This document shows, in pieces, positions 61,426 through 64,000 of a stretch of 64,000 nt of DNA. The stretch is taken from contig CBDCOH010000002.1 of assembly GCA_965219685.1 (NCBI GenBank), forward strand, positions 2,048,001 to 2,112,000, given 5' to 3'. The number at the start of each line of letters is the position of its first letter. Position 1 is the first letter of the stretch. The DNA comes from Candidatus Spongiisociaceae bacterium (GTDB lineage: Bacteria; Actinomycetota; Acidimicrobiia; Spongiisociales; Spongiisociaceae). The notes under the pieces were generated by a model. The model was not told the DNA's origin and made no database searches. It saw only the letters and a program-made list of their open reading frames with translations. The position numbers and the translations under genes are program-made.

Positions 61426-63181
61426 GCGGGCGAGGTCCTGCGGACGACCGGTCCTCCGGTGAGATCCCGGTGAAGCCGTACACGGTGCGGGCATGCTCCT
61501 CGGTGATCTTCCCCTCCTCCAGATCATGAGCGATCAGGTCGGCGGATCGGTGCATCGGTACGCCTACCCCTCCGCCTCCGGCCGTCACGTGCCGGAGCAC
61601 GTCACCGTGCTTGATGTCCCTGGTGAACTTGGTGGGCAGCAACGTCTCGTCCGGGCGGCCGGGATTGAGGATGTTCAGGGACGGGTGGCCGGGCAGGCCA
61701 TGGTCGAGACCGTACGGGGGATGGTCCCGCCGGTCCGACCGTATCGAGAGGACCCCCCAGTCTCCCAGGAAGCGGAGTTGGCGGGCGATGGAGAGGCATC
61801 CGCGGTTGGCGCCGGGGCCACCGGTGTCGGGCAGGAACGAGTACTCGTCGACGATGATCTCGTAGTCCCGTTCGATCTGCTCGACGGGGACGTTGGCGAG
61901 GTTTGCACCTATCGGGCTGATGGCGTCGACGCCGTCCTGCGTCTGGCGTCCTCCCCAGCCTCCGCAGACGAAGTCGACGAACACATGGGACACGCCGTCG
62001 GGATCGACCGTCCCGATCGAGATCATCGTCGGTCCACCCTCGCCGGCCGCGAAGCAACGCTCGGGGACGGCCTTGTGGAGGGCTCCGATAACCGCGTCGA
62101 TGACCCGGAAGCCTGTGAGCCCGCGCGCGGCGCGGGGCGCCGGCCGCCTCGGGTTGAGGATGCTCCCCTCCGGAACGGTCACGGTGATGGCCCGGTAGAG
62201 CCCGTCGTTGTTGAGGATCTCGGTCTTGGGGGTCACGCACAGGAAGGCTGCGTAGACGGAGGCCCTCGTGAAGGAAGTGGTCGCGTTCAGCGCCGACATC
62301 ACCTGGCCTCCCGTCCCTTCGAAGTCGACGTGCAGGCGATCACCCTTGATGTCGACTGTGGCACTGATCCGGATGGGTCCGGATCCGAAACCGTCATCGT
62401 CGATGTAGTCGTCGAACGAGTAGGTCCCGTCCGGCAGGCGGGCGATCTCCGCCCGGACGATCCCCTCGGTGTATTCGAGGATGTCGTCGAATGTCGCTAG
62501 GAGCACGTCGCGGCCGTGTTCGCCGACGAGTTTGCGCAGGCCCCGCTCGCCCACGTTGATTGAGGACAGCTGCGCCCGGATGTCGCCCATCACGATGGCC
62601 GGAAGCCTGACGTTCTTAGCGATGATCGAGGACAGGGTCTGGTTCTCGACCCCTGCCTCGTAGAGCTTGAGGATCGGGATCTGGAGGCCCTCCGCGTATA
62701 TCTCACGGGAGTCGACGGCGTTGCTCCCCGCCACGCGTCCTCCCATGTCCGCATGGTGAGCGATGCAGCCCACCCAACCCAGTATCTCCCCCTCCACGAA
62801 CACCGCCTTGAACATGAAGATGTCGGGCAGGTGCATGCCGCCTTCGTCGGGATCGTTGAGGACGAAGACGTCGCCGTCCGAGATGGAGCCGGCGTGACGC
62901 TCCATGATCTGGCTCAACGCGTCCGGCATCGCTCCGAGGTGCAGCGGGATGGCCAGACCCTGGGCCACGACCCGGCCGTGAGGGTCGAACACGGCGGTGG
63001 AGAAGTCCAGGCTGTCCCGCACTACTTGAGAGTGGGCCGTTCTCACGACCACCACCGCCATCTCGTTGGCCAGCGACGTGAGGCCGTTGCTGATGACCTC
63101 CCGGGTGATCGGGTCCACCTCGACGCTCCCGGCGGTCTCGGTCGCTCCGGTCCGTTCGCCTACCGTCACCATCCGCCTCAC
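61418..63181 (-). CDS. Hydantoinase B/oxoprolinase family
   Basis: DFSTA, HLGAM, NDP..GGMHLPD, HHADMGG, TAGGGG. Confidence 0.92.
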   Translation of the reverse strand: MRRMVTVGERTGATETAGSVEVDPITREVISNGLTSLANEMAVVVVRTAHSQVVRDSLDFSTAVFDPHGRVVAQGLAIPLHLGAMPDALSQIMERHAGSISDGDVFVLNDPDEGGMHLPDIFMFKAVFVEGEILGWVGCIAHHADMGGRVAGSNAVDSREIYAEGLQIPILKLYEAGVENQTLSSIIAKNVRLPAIVMGDIRAQLSSINVGERGLRKLVGEHGRDVLLATFDDILEYTEGIVRAEIARLPDGTYSFDDYIDDDGFGSGPIRISATVDIKGDRLHVDFEGTGGQVMSALNATTSFTRASVYAAFLCVTPKTEILNNDGLYRAITVTVPEGSILNPRRPAPRAARGLTGFRVIDAVIGALHKAVPERCFAAGEGGPTMISIGTVDPDGVSHVFVDFVCGGWGGRQTQDGVDAISPIGANLANVPVEQIERDYEIIVDEYSFLPDTGGPGANRGCLSIARQLRFLGDWGVLSIRSDRRDHPPYGLDHGLPGHPSLNILNPGRPDETLLPTKFTRDIKHGDVLRHVTAGGGGVGVPMHRSADLIAHDLEEGKITEEHARTVYGFTGISPEDRSSAGPRPHA

Positions 63182-64000
63182 CTCCCCGCTCGTATGACGA
63201 GGTTGCCCACTTCGTCGCGCCTGACCGCGAAGCGCGGCGGCACCACCGTGGTGGCATCCATGTCCTCCACGATCATCGGTCCGTCTACTTCGTCCACCGG
63301 GACGGAAGGGCGCGACACGACAGGGGTGGGCAGGACACCGTCTCGCTTGCCGAAGAAGGCGAGGCGGCTTCCGCCGGTCGTGCCGTCACCATCGGCTTGC
63401 ATGGAGAAGATGTGGTCGGCTTTGGGTGTGCGCACCGTTGCCCGCAACCTCACGCTGATCAGCTGCACGGGCTCGGCCGGGGTCGAATGCCCGTAGGTGA
63501 GCTCGTGGGCCAGGTGGAAATCCTGGCCGGCGTTGTGAATGTCGCCCTCATCGAGGACCCGGTCTCCGGGTACGGGGACCGAGAGTTCATGGGCCTGTCC
63601 CCGGTAGCGCTGGTCCACGAACCGCTCCAGGCTGAGATCGGTGAGCGGCAGCCCGGCGTTCACGACGAATCCCCTCGCCCGCTCCTCCAGTTGCTCGAAC
63701 AGGAGGGAAACGACCTCACTGTCCGGATCGTTGGGAAGCTCGTAGCTGGCCACGTAGTCGTGTCTCAGGTCCGCCACCTGCAGTCCGATGGCGCAGAACA
63801 GGCCGGGACTGGCCGGAACCACGACCCGTTCGACCTCGAAGTGCCGCGCGATCAGAGCCGCGTGCATGGGACCAGCCCCTCCGAAGGCGACCAGCATGAA
63901 GTTGCGCGGATCCCTTCCCCGCTCGACCGACACACCCCGGATCGCCTGGCTCATGTTGGTGTTGGCCAGCCGGTGGATGCCGTAGGCGGCCTCTAGCCGC
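63178..64000 (-). CDS. Hydantoinase A/oxoprolinase family (3' part)
   Basis: GRDPR, AFGGAGPMHA, RYRGQAHEL, TTVVPP. Confidence 0.9.
   Translation of the reverse strand, partial: RLEAAYGIHRLANTNMSQAIRGVSVERGRDPRNFMLVAFGGAGPMHAALIARHFEVERVVVPASPGLFCAIGLQVADLRHDYVASYELPNDPDSEVVSLLFEQLEERARGFVVNAGLPLTDLSLERFVDQRYRGQAHELSVPVPGDRVLDEGDIHNAGQDFHLAHELTYGHSTPAEPVQLISVRLRATVRTPKADHIFSMQADGDGTTGGSRLAFFGKRDGVLPTPVVSRPSVPVDEVDGPMIVEDMDATTVVPPRFAVRRDEVGNLVIRAGR

Overview
High-GC actinobacterial-type DNA (leaderless genes, LexA and PafBC-type boxes; Acidimicrobiia-like is an inference). Left to right: a molybdenum-hydroxylase cluster with three large subunits; a DUF4143 AAA ATPase; an amidohydrolase/NMT1-ABC/alcohol dehydrogenase block; an accessory patch (higBA, divergent ahcY-like gene, McrB-like pseudogene, second DUF4143 ATPase, ridA, vapBC); an expanded histidine-utilisation locus (hutH-iclR / hutU-mttB-like-unknown-def-hutF-hutI-mgdA-like, no hutG); an ankyrin-containing acyltransferase; mazEF; recCBD; an acyl-CoA synthetase whose 3' end is duplicated around a low-GC DUF6119-like gene; a DUF222-HNH gene followed by an unknown two-gene nuclease operon; decayed toxin-antitoxin pairs; and an aminotransferase with hydantoinase/oxoprolinase genes. 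No rRNA, tRNA, CRISPR array or integrase was recognised. Main leads: a possible methyl-histidine catabolic pathway with a peptide deformylase in place of HutG; 23-bp periodic arrays upstream of both DUF4143 ATPases; orphan copies of the DUF222 5' module; and two candidate defence cassettes. All calls come from reading motifs by eye, with no database searches.
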